From positions 80,759 to 144,758 of the forward strand of contig JAOAHX010000003.1 of assembly GCA_026415035.1 (NCBI GenBank): 64,000 nucleotides of DNA. The letters run 5' to 3'. This DNA comes from Thermodesulfobacteriota bacterium (lineage in GTDB: Bacteria > Desulfobacterota > BSN033 > UBA1163). Shown here one piece after another: positions 1 to 10,775 of the stretch. Each line of letters starts with the position of its first letter. Position 1 is the stretch's first letter. Made by a program: the position numbers and the translations under genes. The notes beneath the pieces were generated by a model. That model saw only the letters and a list, made by a program, of their open reading frames with translations, searched no databases and was not told the DNA's origin.

Positions 1-28
1 TGCCCGCGATGAAGGGAAGTCGTCCCAT
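1..28 (-). CDS. tpiA: triosephosphate isomerase, 5' end only (runs off window)
   Basis: The reverse strand reads ATG GGA CGA CTT CCC TTC ATC GCG GGC A.. = MGRLPFIAG, matching the TpiA N-terminal (L/F)IAGN signature. A purine-rich GGGGAGAG lies just upstream. It sits directly downstream of gap-pgk, the classic gap-pgk-tpiA order. Only 9 codons are visible. Confidence 0.55.
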
Positions 29-43
29 CGTCTCTCCCCGGTT

Positions 44-1225
44 TTAACGTCTCAAGGCCTCGAGGCCTGGAAGTTTCTTCCCCTCGATAAATTCGAGGGA
101 GGCCCCTCCTCCCGTTGAAATGTGCCCGATCCGATCGCTAACGCCTGCCTGGTTGACCGCGGCCACCGAATCCCCTCCGCCCACGATGCTGAAGGCCCCG
201 GAATCGGCCACAGCCTTTGCAATAGCAAACGTTCCGTTCCGAAAGGGCTCCAACTCGAAGACGCCCATCGGTCCGTTCCAGAAGATCGTCTTGGCCTGCC
301 GGATCTCTTCCGTAAATCTCCGAACCGTCTCCGGCCCGATATCGAGGCAGAGCCAGTCCTGAGGGATCCGGTCGTTGGTCACGATCTCCCATCGGGTTTG
401 GGCCTCCATCCTTTCGGCGGCCACATGATCGGAAGGGAGAAGGAACCTGATCTTCCCCTCGGCTTTCTGAAGGAGGTCGAGGGAAAGAGCGATCTGATCC
501 GCTTCGACGAGAGACCTTCCGACCTCCACACCCTTCGCCTTGAGAAAGGTGTAGGCCATGCCTCCTCCGATGAGAAGGGCATCGACCCGATTTAAGAGGT
601 TCTGGATGACCCCGATCTTATCGGAGACCTTGGCCCCGCCTAAAAGGGCGACATAAGGCCTCTGGGGATTCACCAGCGCCCTCTCGAGGCCTTCGATCTC
701 TTTCATCATCAGAAACCCAGCAGCCACGGTCTCGACATGTCGGGTCATCCCTTCGGTCGAGGCATGGGCTCGGTGGGCCGTGCCGAAGGCATCGTTGATA
801 TAAACATCGCAGAGCGAAGCCAGCTCTTTCGAGAAGGCCTCGTCGTTCTTCTCCTCTTCGGAATGGAACCGGAGGTTTTCGAGGAGGAGGACTTCTCCTT
901 CTCCCATCTTGCGGACCTCCTCCCGTACCCCTTCTCCAACGCAATCAGGGGCAAGCCTCACGGTCTTCCCCAGCAGCTTCGATAGCCTCTCGGCCACAGG
1001 GGCCAGGCTGTATTTCGGATCAGGCTTCCCCTTGGGCCTCCCGAGATGGGAGGCCAAGATCACCTTTCCTCCCCTTTCGGAGACCCATCGGATCGTGGGG
1101 AGGGAGGATACGATCCGGGTGTCATCGGCGACCTCCCGCCGCTCATCGAGGGGGACATTGAAATCGACCCGGATGAAGACCCTCTTCCCCTTGACCTCGA
1201 TCTGATCGACCCTTCGGATGGCCAT
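44..1225 (-). CDS. pgk: phosphoglycerate kinase
   Basis: 393 aa with the N-terminal [14 protein letters not shown] motif, the C-terminal [10 protein letters not shown] motif, and typical length. It is adjacent to gap. Confidence 0.95.
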   Translation of the reverse strand: MAIRRVDQIEVKGKRVFIRVDFNVPLDERREVADDTRIVSSLPTIRWVSERGGKVILASHLGRPKGKPDPKYSLAPVAERLSKLLGKTVRLAPDCVGEGVREEVRKMGEGEVLLLENLRFHSEEEKNDEAFSKELASLCDVYINDAFGTAHRAHASTEGMTRHVETVAAGFLMMKEIEGLERALVNPQRPYVALLGGAKVSDKIGVIQNLLNRVDALLIGGGMAYTFLKAKGVEVGRSLVEADQIALSLDLLQKAEGKIRFLLPSDHVAAERMEAQTRWEIVTNDRIPQDWLCLDIGPETVRRFTEEIRQAKTIFWNGPMGVFELEPFRNGTFAIAKAVADSGAFSIVGGGDSVAAVNQAGVSDRIGHISTGGGASLEFIEGKKLPGLEALRR

Positions 1226-1235
1226 GGTGCCTCCC

Positions 1236-2264
<1,029 letters not shown>

Positions 2265-2425
2265 CTACCCATTTATACCCTTTTTAACCCTTTTCCGTCA
2301 ATACGACCCGCAAAGCCCCTTCCTGGAGAAGGGGGTGGAAAGGATTGGAAAATTCTGCCGGCGGTCAAGGAGCGTATCTTCACAAGAGGCGAGAAACCTG
2401 CTAAGATTCTTCCGGAGAAAGAGAA

Positions 2426-3391
2426 ATGGAGAGACCGAGAGATATTAAGAAGGAAGGGAATCTGCTCGAACTTGTCCGAGGCCTCCTGAACTGCCAGGCG
2501 ATGTTTCAGGAGATCTTCAAAAAGTACAAACAGGGCCGACTTCGGTTCAAGGATATTCAGGGCTGGGTGGATGACCGGGGTGGGAGTCCCCTTTACACCC
2601 TGAAAGAACAGTCCCATGCCCTATTTCGGAACAGAGAGAAGGACCTCTGGAGGAAGAAGGAGTGGCTCCTCGACCTGGTCATCGGCTCCATCTTCCACGA
2701 GGCGATGAAATTGAGGGAAAATGTCTACCAACTCGAATTCTATCGCCCCAAATATAGGAACTATCAACGCCATATCGGGAAATCGGCCTACGAGAAGGGT
2801 TATTTCCAGGAATTTGAACGGATCATCTCGAAAGCAGGCCATGCCGTGCTTCTCGGCATGGCCGAAATCCGATCGCTCTTCTCAGACGCCATGGACCAGT
2901 TGATCGATCTCTTCAAAGTCAAGCGTCACAACCCCTACCTCGTCCGTTTTTTGGTGGAAAACCAACCCCTCCTTCATAAGGTTTACGGCCCCCGAAAGGG
3001 AAGGAAGCTCTTTGACCTCGTCTTCGAGGGAGGGCCGGCAGAGGCGTACGAAAGGGCTGGCCGAAGCTACCAATTGGGCGAACATCATGACCTCGCCTCG
3101 AACTATTTTGCAAGGGCCTTGAAGCTCAAATCCCACGACCACGAACTCCTCTTTCACTTCTATTTTAGCAAAGGGATGGATGCCTATTTCAGGAATCTCT
3201 ATCCCAAGACGATCTCGATCTGGAAAAAGCTGATGGCCGATCCCTTCCGGCCCTACCTGAAAAAACCCTTTCTCAGGCAGATGGAGGAGGTGTGCCGGAG
3301 GATGGCCTCGGAATGGCAAGAGGACGGAAAGCCCAAACTGGCTCAGGAGGCGCTCTCCCTTGCCGAACAGATCAAAAAGATGTTAGGATGA
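2426..3391 (+). CDS. hypothetical protein, helical, no recognised family
   Basis: 321-aa ORF with balanced composition and a GGAGAAAGAG SD before the ATG. It is divergent from gap. No motif recognised. Confidence 0.6.
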   Translation: MERPRDIKKEGNLLELVRGLLNCQAMFQEIFKKYKQGRLRFKDIQGWVDDRGGSPLYTLKEQSHALFRNREKDLWRKKEWLLDLVIGSIFHEAMKLRENVYQLEFYRPKYRNYQRHIGKSAYEKGYFQEFERIISKAGHAVLLGMAEIRSLFSDAMDQLIDLFKVKRHNPYLVRFLVENQPLLHKVYGPRKGRKLFDLVFEGGPAEAYERAGRSYQLGEHHDLASNYFARALKLKSHDHELLFHFYFSKGMDAYFRNLYPKTISIWKKLMADPFRPYLKKPFLRQMEEVCRRMASEWQEDGKPKLAQEALSLAEQIKKMLG

Positions 3392-3412
3392 AAGAAAAGG
3401 AGAGATCTGGCG

Positions 3413-3631
3413 ATGCCCATCTACGAATACCGATGCGAAAAATGCGAACATGAGTTTGAAAAGTTAGTCTTCAATTCCTCCACCGAGATCGTCTGCCCCA
3501 AGTGCCAGAGCAAGAAGGTGAGCCGGATGATGTCCGCCTTCGCCTTTTCGAGCGGAGGGAAATTCAAGAGCACGGCAAGCTCCTCCTGCTCAGGCTGTTC
3601 CGCCTCAAGCTGCTCCACCTGCGGCTCCTGA
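3413..3631 (+). CDS. FmdB-family zinc-ribbon protein (CxxC...CxxC, Ser/Cys-rich tail)
   Basis: MPIYEYRCEKCEHEFE...CPKCQSKK is the hallmark FmdB/zinc-ribbon N-terminus. The C-terminal tail is SSSCSGCSASSCSTCG. Confidence 0.8.
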   Translation: MPIYEYRCEKCEHEFEKLVFNSSTEIVCPKCQSKKVSRMMSAFAFSSGGKFKSTASSSCSGCSASSCSTCGS

Positions 3632-3876
3632 TCCTTTAATTCTTCCTCTCCGCTTGAATCAATTCTTTGCTCCTTCGCCAAAGGAACGGCGTCAAGGACT
3701 CCTTGAACCCATCGTCGATGAGGGGGTCCTTTAGGCTGGGAGATCCAGGCAAGGCCCTTACCCCTTCTTCCCTGAGGGATGGACCTCCAGATCTCTTGAG
3801 GCGGACCGAAGGTGGGAAAAGGGAGGCCTTTCTTTTCGAGGTGGATGGAAGACGAAGGTAAAGGGTTTCGAACGTT

Positions 3877-4812
3877 TCAGAGGTTGGTGAGGTGGCGTCG
3901 GGCCTCAAGCTCCTCCCTCAGCTCCTCGTCCTCCTGAAGCCCCTTCAGGACCCGATCGATCACCCGGATCATCTCCTCCTTGGCCTCGGGCAATTTCCCG
4001 TGGAGGGGGACGAGGTTGGAGATGTGGTCGCTCAGGAACTGGGAGGTGACCTGAAGCTCCTTCAAGAGAAGCCTCGTCTCCTTCAGGATGGTCTCGGGAG
4101 AGGCGGAACGGAAGCGGCCTTCCATCATGTCCTCGAAAAGTTGGGAGTTGGGTTGGGGGATCAAGGTCCGAACCCGGATGAAGTGAGGGTCGATCTGATT
4201 CAGAACCTCTGCCGTCCCCCTGGCGTGTTGCTCCCATCGCTCCTCTCCGCCGATCCCCAAAAGCACATACAGGGAATATTCGAACCCGGCCTCTTTCGCC
4301 TTTCTCCCCGCCTCGACCATCTCTTCAGGCGTGGCTCCCTTGTCGATCTCCGCCAGAAGCTCCCGATCTCCTGTCTCGAGACCGACGTGGAGGCGATTCA
4401 ATCCTGCCTCGAAGATCTTTTTCAACTCCTCCATGGGTTTCTTGGCGATCGTCTTGGCCCGGGCATAGCTGGTCACCCTCTCGATGTGCGGAAACGAATC
4501 GTATAAGGCCTTTAAAATGTGAACGAGCTCGTCGGCCTTGAGAACGAGGCTATTCGAATCGCCGATGAAGACCGTCCGGACCTGGTCGCTGTACAGCTCC
4601 CTCGCCATGGAGATGTCCTCGAGGACCTCCTCGATGGGCCTCTTTTCGAATTTCATCCCTTTATACATGGAGCAGAAGGTGCAGCGGTTCCAAGGGCATC
4701 CCCGGGTCACCCTGAGCAAGAGGCTATTGGCCTCGCTCGGGGGACGGAAAGGAGGAAAATCATACTGCCGTCTCCTTAAACCGAATCTCCCGATCGTCAT
4801 GCTCTCCCCCAT
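3877..4812 (-). CDS. radical SAM domain protein with non-canonical Cx4Cx2C cluster motif
   Basis: 311 aa. The motif RGCPWNRCTFCSMY was confirmed codon by codon (tgc cct tgg aac cgc tgc acc ttc tgc). Downstream are a GDSN glycine-rich SAM motif and TIM-barrel-like periodicity. The subfamily is unknown. The start could be M5. Confidence 0.8.
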   Translation of the reverse strand: MGESMTIGRFGLRRRQYDFPPFRPPSEANSLLLRVTRGCPWNRCTFCSMYKGMKFEKRPIEEVLEDISMARELYSDQVRTVFIGDSNSLVLKADELVHILKALYDSFPHIERVTSYARAKTIAKKPMEELKKIFEAGLNRLHVGLETGDRELLAEIDKGATPEEMVEAGRKAKEAGFEYSLYVLLGIGGEERWEQHARGTAEVLNQIDPHFIRVRTLIPQPNSQLFEDMMEGRFRSASPETILKETRLLLKELQVTSQFLSDHISNLVPLHGKLPEAKEEMIRVIDRVLKGLQEDEELREELEARRHLTNL

Positions 4813-4823
4813 CCTGTGAATTT

Positions 4824-5579
4824 CTAAAAGAGGACGCTCACCCCGATCCCTCTCTTTTCGAAACCCTCCTTTAAAGCCACCCCCACTAATTTAAAATAAT
4901 CATCCGTCAAGTAGGTGTCCAGCCCGTTCCTCTCGTAAAGCCTTTTCACCTTTTGCATATAATTCATCCGGTCGATCCACACCTCCTCCACCCTCCCCAC
5001 GAGCATCTTAACCACCGCCTCCGGTTTCAAGGGAAGGATCGGGCCGATGAAGGCATAGGTCTTCACCCCATTCTGCCTCAAGACCTCCAAGGCCCTCAAC
5101 CGTTCGGAGATGGGAGGGGATCGAGGTTCGAAGATCTTCCTCATCTGGTCGTCATCCGTGGTGATGGAAAGCCCCACCTCGATATGTTCGAACCCTTTAA
5201 AAAGATCGACATCCCTCAGACAGAGAGGCGATCGGGTCAAGACATGAACGGGAAACCCCCTTTCCAGGAGCGCTTCTAAACATCCGCGGGTCACCCCATA
5301 TCTCCTTTCAAGGGGTTGGTAGGGGTCCGTGACCGTGCCGAGGGCCACGACTCCTCTCCTCGCCCTCTTCAGCTGTTCCTTCAACCGAAAGACCGCATTC
5401 ACCTTCACATCGACGAACTCCCCCCAAGGTTCCCGATGGCCGGTGAATCGCTTCATAAAGCTGGCATAACAATACCGGCACCCATGACCGCAACCCACGT
5501 AAGGGTTCAGGCAGTAATCGAAACCCGAGATGGCCGTCCGGGTGAGAACGGTCTTTACCAGGACCTCTTTAATCTTCAC
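4824..5579 (-). CDS. radical SAM protein, SplB/'DNA repair photolyase' (COG1533)-like
   Basis: 251 aa. LNPYVGCGHGCRYCYA is a canonical Cx3Cx2C motif in the context typical of spore-photoproduct-lyase-family proteins. Confidence 0.75.
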   Translation of the reverse strand: MKIKEVLVKTVLTRTAISGFDYCLNPYVGCGHGCRYCYASFMKRFTGHREPWGEFVDVKVNAVFRLKEQLKRARRGVVALGTVTDPYQPLERRYGVTRGCLEALLERGFPVHVLTRSPLCLRDVDLFKGFEHIEVGLSITTDDDQMRKIFEPRSPPISERLRALEVLRQNGVKTYAFIGPILPLKPEAVVKMLVGRVEEVWIDRMNYMQKVKRLYERNGLDTYLTDDYFKLVGVALKEGFEKRGIGVSVLF

Positions 5580-5630
5580 CCAATCATTATGGATCGTAGG
5601 GGGTCAGGATTCAAGGTGGGGCCGGGGGGG

Positions 5631-6362
5631 TCATTGGGGAAGCAGAGGGGACACCCCCTTCTGAGTATAGAGCCTATTGAAAAACCCGAAGATATCGACC
5701 TCCCCTCTTTTCGACTTTTGCCAGAGGTCATAGAGGTGGTGAGCCGTGAGGAAGCTGACATTATATCGAACCAACAGCTCGACGAGATCTTTCGTGATGT
5801 GGCCCTTCCCCCCTCGCTTCGCCATAGGGAGGTGAACATGGGTGCTCGCAATGATCAGGGATTTTTCGTCCTCCCTCTTCTCCCGTTCGAACTGGAGGAT
5901 TCGACTCATCTTCGGGTGGGACGAATTGGCCTCGCCTTTGAACATCATCACCTGGACCCCGAAGGACTTCTGGGTGTTGGGGATCTTTAGAATCCTATCG
6001 ACGGATTGGTATTGAATGCCGGGGGAGATGGAAAACCCAAGGTCTTTGAAAATCGCATGGACCGCATCCAGCAGGAGGAGTTCATTTTTGGGCCAGAGGA
6101 GGGTTTCGATGGTGAAGAAATTCTGTTCCTTCAGGGCCGGGCCATCCTTCTGGGAGAGCCTCTCGATTTCCGATTTCAAAAAGGCCTTGCGGGCCTTTTC
6201 GCTATCGGTCCTCACCTTCTCGATGCGCCCCACGACGAACATCCCGATGAGGCAGAAGAGGGGCACGAGCAGCCTCACCTCCTCCTCGAAGGTGAGGGCG
6301 GCGTAGATGGCGAATAAGGCGAGTAGGAGTTGAAGGAGGGCCAGCATCGTTTCCACGCTCAA
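5631..6362 (-). CDS. hypothetical membrane-anchored protein (2 N-terminal TM helices, charged helix, globular C-terminal domain)
   Basis: 243-aa ORF. The track start is a TTG overlapping the upstream stop (TTGA), with an alternative ATG at 6347. The hydrophobic N-terminus is LALLQLLLALFAIYAALTF / LLVPLFCLIGMFVVG. No family recognised. Confidence 0.55.
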   Translation of the reverse strand: MSVETMLALLQLLLALFAIYAALTFEEEVRLLVPLFCLIGMFVVGRIEKVRTDSEKARKAFLKSEIERLSQKDGPALKEQNFFTIETLLWPKNELLLLDAVHAIFKDLGFSISPGIQYQSVDRILKIPNTQKSFGVQVMMFKGEANSSHPKMSRILQFEREKREDEKSLIIASTHVHLPMAKRGGKGHITKDLVELLVRYNVSFLTAHHLYDLWQKSKRGEVDIFGFFNRLYTQKGVSPLLPQ

Positions 6363-6856
6363 CCGCTCGAGACCCTCTCTTTTGAGATATGGATCCCGTA
6401 TTCGAACCCATCGACCAGGGCGAGAAAGGAGGCCTTGCAGATATTCTCGGAGAAGGCCTTGACCTTCCAGGCATCCTTTCCGTTGCTGAAGAGGATCTCC
6501 ACCTCCACGCCGGCTGCCGTGCCCGCGCCGGGATCGAAGATCCTCGATGAGAAGTCGATCAACTTCACCTGGTCTACCTCCGGGAAGATCGACTTCAGAG
6601 ATTTTTTGAGCACTTTGGCGAGGGCATCCACCGGCCCCACGCCGGTATCGGCCTCGTGCATCTCCATTCCGTTTGCCCGGAGCATGATGGTCGCCTCCGG
6701 GCAGACCCCATCGTCGATGAGCCTGTAATTCCCGATGATCTCGAAGTGGGGTCGATAATCTGACATCGACCTCAGGAGATTCAAATACTTGGTGGCGTCT
6801 TTGATCCTCTCTTCGACCAAGGTGACCCCCTCCTTCGGAATTGCCTTACATTTCAC
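6359..6856 (-). CDS. stand-alone LeuA allosteric (LeuA_dimer)-like regulatory domain protein
   Basis: 165 aa. TGVGPVDALAKVL matches the G-x-GPVDA signature of the C-terminal regulatory domain of 2-isopropylmalate/citramalate synthases. No catalytic TIM barrel is present. The track start is GTG. An SD-preceded TTG 12 codons downstream is an alternative start. Confidence 0.65.
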   Translation of the reverse strand: MKCKAIPKEGVTLVEERIKDATKYLNLLRSMSDYRPHFEIIGNYRLIDDGVCPEATIMLRANGMEMHEADTGVGPVDALAKVLKKSLKSIFPEVDQVKLIDFSSRIFDPGAGTAAGVEVEILFSNGKDAWKVKAFSENICKASFLALVDGFEYGIHISKERVSSG

Positions 6857-6875
6857 TCACATTTTAAGGAAAATG

Positions 6876-8738
6876 TCAAGAAGTTATTTCATCGGGCCCT
6901 CGGGGATGGAAAAATTGGAAGACGGCCTCCGCGGCCTTCGTCGTCATTTTAGGCACCCTCTTTAGCTCTTCGAGGGGGGCCTCCTTCAGCCTCTCGAGGC
7001 TCCCAAAATATCTCAACAGTTCCCTCTGCCGGGTCCTGCCAATGCCCGAAATCCCTTCGAGGCTCGATCGAAGGGCCTCTTTCTTCCTCACCCGTTTATG
7101 ATGGCCGAGGGCGAACCGGTGCGCCTCGTCCCGGATCTGGTCGAGGAACCGAAGAAGGGGGGAGTGTTTGCCGAGGAGGATCGGCTCCCGGAACCTGGGA
7201 TGGAAGACCTTCTCGCCCGAACCCCTCCCATCGCTCCCCTCCCTCTCCTTGGCCAGGCTGAGAAGGTCGATCCCATCGATTCCCAGTTCTTTAAAGACCT
7301 GCCTGGCCACGTTCAGTTGCCCCCGCCCCCCATCCAGCAGGACCAGATCGGGCAGGTCATGCTCTTCGAGGGCCCGTCTGTATCTCCGGAAGAGAACCTC
7401 ATACATCATTCCATAATCGTCCACTCCTGCCACCGTCTTGATCCTGAAATGGCGGTATCGGCTCCGGTTGGGCTCTCCTTCTTCGAAGGTGACCATGGCC
7501 CCGACGGCCTGGGAACCCTGGAGGTTTGAAAGGTCGAAGGCCTCTATCCTACGGGGGACCCTTTCAAGATGGAGACGTGCCTTGAGGGTCGAAAGCAAGG
7601 TCTCTTTCTCCATCCTCTGAGCCATCTCTCTTCGGAGAAACTTCATGGCATTCTCAGAGGCCATCTCGACGAGCCTTCTCTTCTCACCCCTCTGGGGGAT
7701 GAGGATGGATACGGGATGACCCTTTAACTCTGCCAATCTGCTTTCCAAGAGCCCCTTGTCCGGGATCTCCTTGGAGAGGAGGATCTCCTTCGGAATGAAC
7801 CGATCTTCCCGGTAATACTGCCCGATAAACGAGGAGAGGACCTCCTCTTCCGGAAGGCCCGTGGCGGAAAGGGTGAATCCCTTTCCGCCCAAGAGGGTGC
7901 CCGATCGGATGAAGAGGAGATAAAGGCCGAGCCGATCCTCCTGTCGGAAGAGGCCGATCACGTCCCGGTCGATAAAATCGTGGGAGACGACGACCTGTTT
8001 CTCGATCACCTTCTCGAGATGGGCGATCTGATCGCGAATCTTAGCCGCCTTCTCGAAATTAAGCTTTTCCGCCTCTTCCTCCATCTCGCTTCTCAACCTG
8101 GCCAAAAGCTCTCTGTCCCTTCCCTCTAAAAACATCCTCACCCGGTGAACCAATTCGCCATACGTCTTCCGATCGACCCTCTGGGAACAGGGTCCCAGGC
8201 AATGCTCCATCTCGTATTGGATACAGGGCCGGGTCCGATGGGAGAACTTGGAGTCCCGACAAATCCGGATGGGGAAGAGCCGACGGATCAATTTCAGGGT
8301 CTCCTTGAGGGAGGTGGCGGATGGAAAGGGGCCGAAGTACAGGGCCCCATCCCTTTTCACCCGTCTCACGATGCGAAGGGTGGGATAGTCCTCCTCCAAG
8401 GAGAGCCGAAGGCAGGGGTAACGTTTGTCGTCCCTCAACTTGATGTTGTATCGGGGATGGTGGGTTTTGATGAGGGTGTCTTCGAGGAGGAGGGCTTCTT
8501 TCTCCGTCTCGGTGACGATCGTCTCGACGTCCGCAACCTTCTCCAGGAGGAGGAGCGTTTTGGGGTCCTTCTCTTCGATCCTCTTAAAGTAAGAGGCCAC
8601 CCGGTGCCTCAGGTTCCCAGCCTTTCCCACATAGAGGATCGTCCCCTTCTTGTCCTTGAAAAGATAGACCCCCGGGTTGTCGGGCAATCCCTCGACCTGG
8701 GGTAAAAAGGGGGCCTTCTTTTCCGGTTCTACCCCCAT
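6876..8738 (-). CDS. uvrC: excinuclease ABC subunit C
   Basis: 620 aa with the GIY-YIG N-terminus ([19 protein letters not shown]), a UVR domain ([11 protein letters not shown]), and a C-terminal HhH region. Confidence 0.95.
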   Translation of the reverse strand: MGVEPEKKAPFLPQVEGLPDNPGVYLFKDKKGTILYVGKAGNLRHRVASYFKRIEEKDPKTLLLLEKVADVETIVTETEKEALLLEDTLIKTHHPRYNIKLRDDKRYPCLRLSLEEDYPTLRIVRRVKRDGALYFGPFPSATSLKETLKLIRRLFPIRICRDSKFSHRTRPCIQYEMEHCLGPCSQRVDRKTYGELVHRVRMFLEGRDRELLARLRSEMEEEAEKLNFEKAAKIRDQIAHLEKVIEKQVVVSHDFIDRDVIGLFRQEDRLGLYLLFIRSGTLLGGKGFTLSATGLPEEEVLSSFIGQYYREDRFIPKEILLSKEIPDKGLLESRLAELKGHPVSILIPQRGEKRRLVEMASENAMKFLRREMAQRMEKETLLSTLKARLHLERVPRRIEAFDLSNLQGSQAVGAMVTFEEGEPNRSRYRHFRIKTVAGVDDYGMMYEVLFRRYRRALEEHDLPDLVLLDGGRGQLNVARQVFKELGIDGIDLLSLAKEREGSDGRGSGEKVFHPRFREPILLGKHSPLLRFLDQIRDEAHRFALGHHKRVRKKEALRSSLEGISGIGRTRQRELLRYFGSLERLKEAPLEELKRVPKMTTKAAEAVFQFFHPRGPDEITS

Positions 8739-10723
8739 TTCAACGCCATCTCCTGAAGCCGTTTGATCCTATCCCGGAGCTTGGCCGCATCCTCGAACGC
8801 TAACCGCCGGGCCGCTTCCTTCATCTGTTGGGTCAGGGCCTCGATCGCCTTCGGAATCTCTTTGATGGAAAGGTATTCTTCTTCTGGATCCGAGGTCGCT
8901 GGAACGGTAAAATAGTCCGCTTCATAGATCGAAGCGAGGACATCTTTGACCGATTTCTTCACGCTTTCCGGGGTGATCCCATGGGTGCGGTTGTACTCTT
9001 CCTGGATCCTTCTTCTCCGGTTCGTCTCCAGGATGGCCTGGTCCATGGCGGCGGTGACCTTGTCGGCATAGAGGATGACCTTGCCGTGGATATTTCTCGC
9101 CGCCCGGCCAAAGGTCTGGATCAGGGCCTTCTCGGATCGGAGGAACCCTTCCTTATCGGCATCGAGGATGGCCACCAAGGAGACCTCTGGAAGGTCGAGG
9201 CCTTCCCGTAAGAGATTGATGCCGATGAGGACATCGAACCTGCCCAGCCGGAGATCCCGGATGATCTCGACCCGCTCCAGGGTATCGATGTCGGAGTGGA
9301 GGTACTTCACCCGGATGCCCAAATCGGCATAATATTCAGTCAGGTCCTCGGCCATTCGCTTGGTCAGGGTCGTCACCAACACCCTCTCCTTCTGCTTCAC
9401 CCTTTGCCGGATCTCCTCCAAAAGATCCTCGACCTGATGTCTCGCGGGCTTCACCTCGAGTTGAGGATCGGTCAAGCCAGTGGGCCGGATGATCTGTTCG
9501 ACTATCCTTCCTTCACTTCTCCTGAGCTCGTAATCCCCTGGAGTGGCCGAGACATAAATGACCTGGTGAAGACGGGCTTCAAACTCTTCAAACGTGAGGG
9601 GCCGGTTATCGAGGGCCGAGGGGAGTCGAAATCCATACTCCACCAGGGTCTCCTTCCTTGACCGATCTCCTCTGTACATCCCCACGAGCTGGGGGACGGT
9701 CACGTGGCTCTCATCGATAAACAGGAGGAAATCCCTCGGGAAATAGTCGAGCAACACCGGAGGGGGTTCACCCGGCGCCCTGCCGGTGAGGTGGCGGGAA
9801 TAGTTCTCGATCCCCTGGCAATAGCCCAGTTCTTGAAGCATCTCGAGGTCGAAGTTCGTCCTCTGCTCCAGCCTCTGGGCCTCTACGTGCTTGTTCTGCG
9901 ATCTGAACCAGGCCACCCGCTCCTTCAGCTCCTGACGGATGTTCTGAATGGCAATCTGAAGCTGTTCGGGGGGGGCCACATAGTGGCTTCCCGGATAGAT
10001 GGGGACCTTCTCCAGGGGCTGCAACACCTTCCCCCTCAACGGATCGATCTCCGAGATCCTCTCCACTTCGTCCCCGAAGAGCTCGATCCGGATCGCCCGG
10101 CTCTCTTCATGGGCGGGGAAGACGTCGACCACATCGCCCCGGACCCTGAAGGTCCCCCGATGGAAGTCGAGATCGTTGCGTTCATACTGGATCTCCACCA
10201 ACTTCGAGAGGATCTCCTCTCGGGAGATCCTCATCCCCTTCTCCAGATAGAGGAGCATCCCGTGATAGGCCTCCGGAGACCCCAGGCCGTAGATGCAGGA
10301 GACGCTGGCCACGATGATCACATCGTTCCGCTCCAGGAGGGAGCGGGTGGCCGAATGCCTCAGTTTGTCGATCTCTTCGTTGACCTGGGTATCCTTTTCG
10401 ATGTAGGTATCCGTCGAGGGGATGTAGGCCTCGGGTTGATAGTAGTCGTAGTAGCTGACGAAGAACTCCACCGCGTTCTCGGGGAAGAGCTCCTTGAATT
10501 CGCCGTAGAGCTGGGCCGCCAGGGTCTTGTTGTGAGAGATGACCAGGGTGGGCTTCTGAACCCTCTCGATCACGTTGGCCATCGTAAAGGTCTTCCCGGA
10601 GCCGGTCACCCCGAGCAGGACCTGATGGCGGACCCCCTCGAGAACCGCCCGGCTCAGTGCCTCGATCGCCCGGGGTTGATCCCCCCGGGGTTTAAATTCC
10701 GAGACGAGTTTAAACCGGCCCAT
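8729..10723 (-). CDS. uvrB: excinuclease ABC subunit B
   Basis: 664 aa with Walker A GVTGSGKT, a DESH box (IDESHVT), and a C-terminal UVR motif ([11 protein letters not shown]). It overlaps the uvrC start by 10 nt. Confidence 0.97.
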   Translation of the reverse strand: MGRFKLVSEFKPRGDQPRAIEALSRAVLEGVRHQVLLGVTGSGKTFTMANVIERVQKPTLVISHNKTLAAQLYGEFKELFPENAVEFFVSYYDYYQPEAYIPSTDTYIEKDTQVNEEIDKLRHSATRSLLERNDVIIVASVSCIYGLGSPEAYHGMLLYLEKGMRISREEILSKLVEIQYERNDLDFHRGTFRVRGDVVDVFPAHEESRAIRIELFGDEVERISEIDPLRGKVLQPLEKVPIYPGSHYVAPPEQLQIAIQNIRQELKERVAWFRSQNKHVEAQRLEQRTNFDLEMLQELGYCQGIENYSRHLTGRAPGEPPPVLLDYFPRDFLLFIDESHVTVPQLVGMYRGDRSRKETLVEYGFRLPSALDNRPLTFEEFEARLHQVIYVSATPGDYELRRSEGRIVEQIIRPTGLTDPQLEVKPARHQVEDLLEEIRQRVKQKERVLVTTLTKRMAEDLTEYYADLGIRVKYLHSDIDTLERVEIIRDLRLGRFDVLIGINLLREGLDLPEVSLVAILDADKEGFLRSEKALIQTFGRAARNIHGKVILYADKVTAAMDQAILETNRRRRIQEEYNRTHGITPESVKKSVKDVLASIYEADYFTVPATSDPEEEYLSIKEIPKAIEALTQQMKEAARRLAFEDAAKLRDRIKRLQEMALKWG

Positions 10724-10775
10724 CGAGGTTATTTTAAAACAAAACCAAGGGAGGGAGAAAGCGGAAGGCAGGCTC

